Origin: Rhizaria sp. SCN 62-66
Lineage: Eukaryota
Reading direction: 5' to 3'
Assembly (NCBI GenBank): GCA_001724265.1
Contig: MEDY01000361.1
Location: 1 to 46,349, forward strand
Length of the DNA: 46,349 nucleotides
Shown here: piece after piece, positions 44,717-46,349 of the stretch
How positions within the stretch are numbered: position 1 is the first letter of the stretch
Layout of the letters: each line of letters opens with the position of its first letter
Notes under the pieces: model-generated
The model's input: the letters and a program-made list of their open reading frames with translations, nothing else
Told to the model about the DNA's origin: nothing
The model's database searches: none
Program-made: the position numbers and the translations under genes

Positions 44717-46349
44717 GGTGCGCGGCAGCTAGGAAGCTAATTCGAGTTGATGGGTGAAGAAAGCAACAACGGAGCGGGCAGAGGGGAGGGAGGGAGGGCA
44801 ATGTTAGAAGGCAAAGGAGGTGGGGCAATATGGCATGTGATTTAAGCGAGTATAATACAGCCTTTTAGCCAAGATTAAGGTGTTACACAGCAATATTATA
44901 AAAATAGCACTGCCGGCCAACCCTGATAAAAACACCGTTTCGTAAAGGACGCATAGGGAATTGCACACACCAACTTCTCGGAGTCCCGTCGACGAGGCTT
45001 GTCCCGCTCTTTCAAAGGCCGTCGCCTCAGAGCAAAAAACCTTATATTAAAGTCACTTATCCGGTAAACCAATAAAAAATAAGTTCAGAATAAGGCCTGA
45101 ACAACACGAATACAAGTCGGAATTAGCGCTACATGACAAGCTAGGAACCAAAAAAACTGTTGAAAAGTCGGCCTCGTGCCGGCCGGAGGCATCTTCGAGG
45201 GGAGAAGCGGCCACACTTTCTGTTCACCGTTTGGTCACTTCCAGCGCTGTCGGCTGTGCTGGTCGGCCGTCGTCCTGACCAAAAGCATACAGGTTGGCGC
45301 CGTAATTAGTCTCTGATGAGGTCAAAACCCATACAACTAGTACAATATTAAGAGATATATCCAGGCATTGATTCATCAGTTGCTTAGACAGATTGTGTTA
45401 AATATGGTCTCGCATTTTTCGGCTTAAGTAGTTTTTGCCACCACGAATTATTATGGCGGTGCATTTAAGTCTTATATCCACAAATTGATGGGCCTCAACA
45501 AATTCAAATCTTGAGAATACTTTACCAATAGTGACAAATTCTGTTTGTTTATGCTGCAGTAAACACTTGTTTGATATAAAATTATTTTTGCTGTCATATC
45601 CTTGCTTTCTTCCGCTGGATGTTTGCCTGACTCTTGACGTGCACCACGTAATATATCTTGCTGTGACTCGCGGCCCTGAACGGGGTTTCCGTGGACGTTG
45701 CTTGCCGTGAGTGTGTTTCTGCTCCACGCCATACGCCATACGGACGCGGCAGCGGCGTGCGGCCGCAACTCTACAGGGTCAATGGCTGCTCTAGTGGATC
45801 ACGATGTACGTAGTACTAGTACATAAGCTGACTCATGATCAGCAACGTTAAAATGCGAGCCCACCAAGACACCTCACTGCGCGCGTGTGCCCGCTGCGAC
45901 TGCAACGGCGGCGGTGTTTGAGCGCCCTAGCTGCGCAGTACGACACCACACCCCGCGCACAGCAACGCGCGTTGGTCGTGTTCAAGCCTTGCGCTGCCAC
46001 TTTGCTACGCGCAGTGGCTGTCGGACGTGTAACGTCTAGGGTCAAGAGTAACACAGCTTCGACAGCTGATTGCAGGATTAGCCCATTCGATGCATATGTG
46101 TTGCGTTGCTTTGAAACACAACGCAATGCGTCGGAACCAGGTCATGAATGCAAAGGCAATAGCTCAGGCGTTTGGTTTGGCTCGCTCAGGCCGGTTTAAG
46201 ACACGGATGGGCGTACAATTTTGATGTGCAAGAGGCGAGGCTGTTGATACTATGTACCCCTGATGTAGAGGTTTATGAAAAACGCAAAAACGCGCCTGGA
46301 AGGGGCGGTTTTAAATATCCATACAACTTTGCCAAACATCCGTTAAATG

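Noticed and set aside
44717-46349. Short ORFs at the right end (45398..45739, 45885..46199 and others)
   Set aside because: No codon bias like the real genes and no recognisable motifs; treated as intergenic.

Overview
Eukaryotic (protist-like) nuclear DNA with GC-rich exons, AT-rich intergenic DNA and AT-rich GT-AG introns. I read six protein-coding genes. Four are low-complexity genes: a 5'-truncated poly-Gln/Ala gene (<2..6311,+), a 659-aa Ser/Thr-rich protein with a Sororin-like C-terminal motif (6884..8863,+), a ~4469-aa giant (9220..22629,-) and a ~2559-aa SQ-rich protein (23118..30797,+). The other two are a tandem pair of 5-exon, secreted, probably GPI-anchored multi-module copper-only SOD repeat proteins (31790..37648 and 38880..44716, both -). 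Main finding: the two long genes are interrupted only by in-frame TAG (12 of 12 internal stops), often in Gln/Ser-Gln runs and with no frameshifts, while all six genes end in TAA or TGA. This points to a non-canonical nuclear code with UAG=Gln and UAA/UGA=stop, which the standard-code ORF track splits into fragments. Also seen: two DNA motifs recurring inside coding sequence regardless of frame and strand, and nine introns all 179-210 nt and phase 0. The organism cannot be identified from this window.
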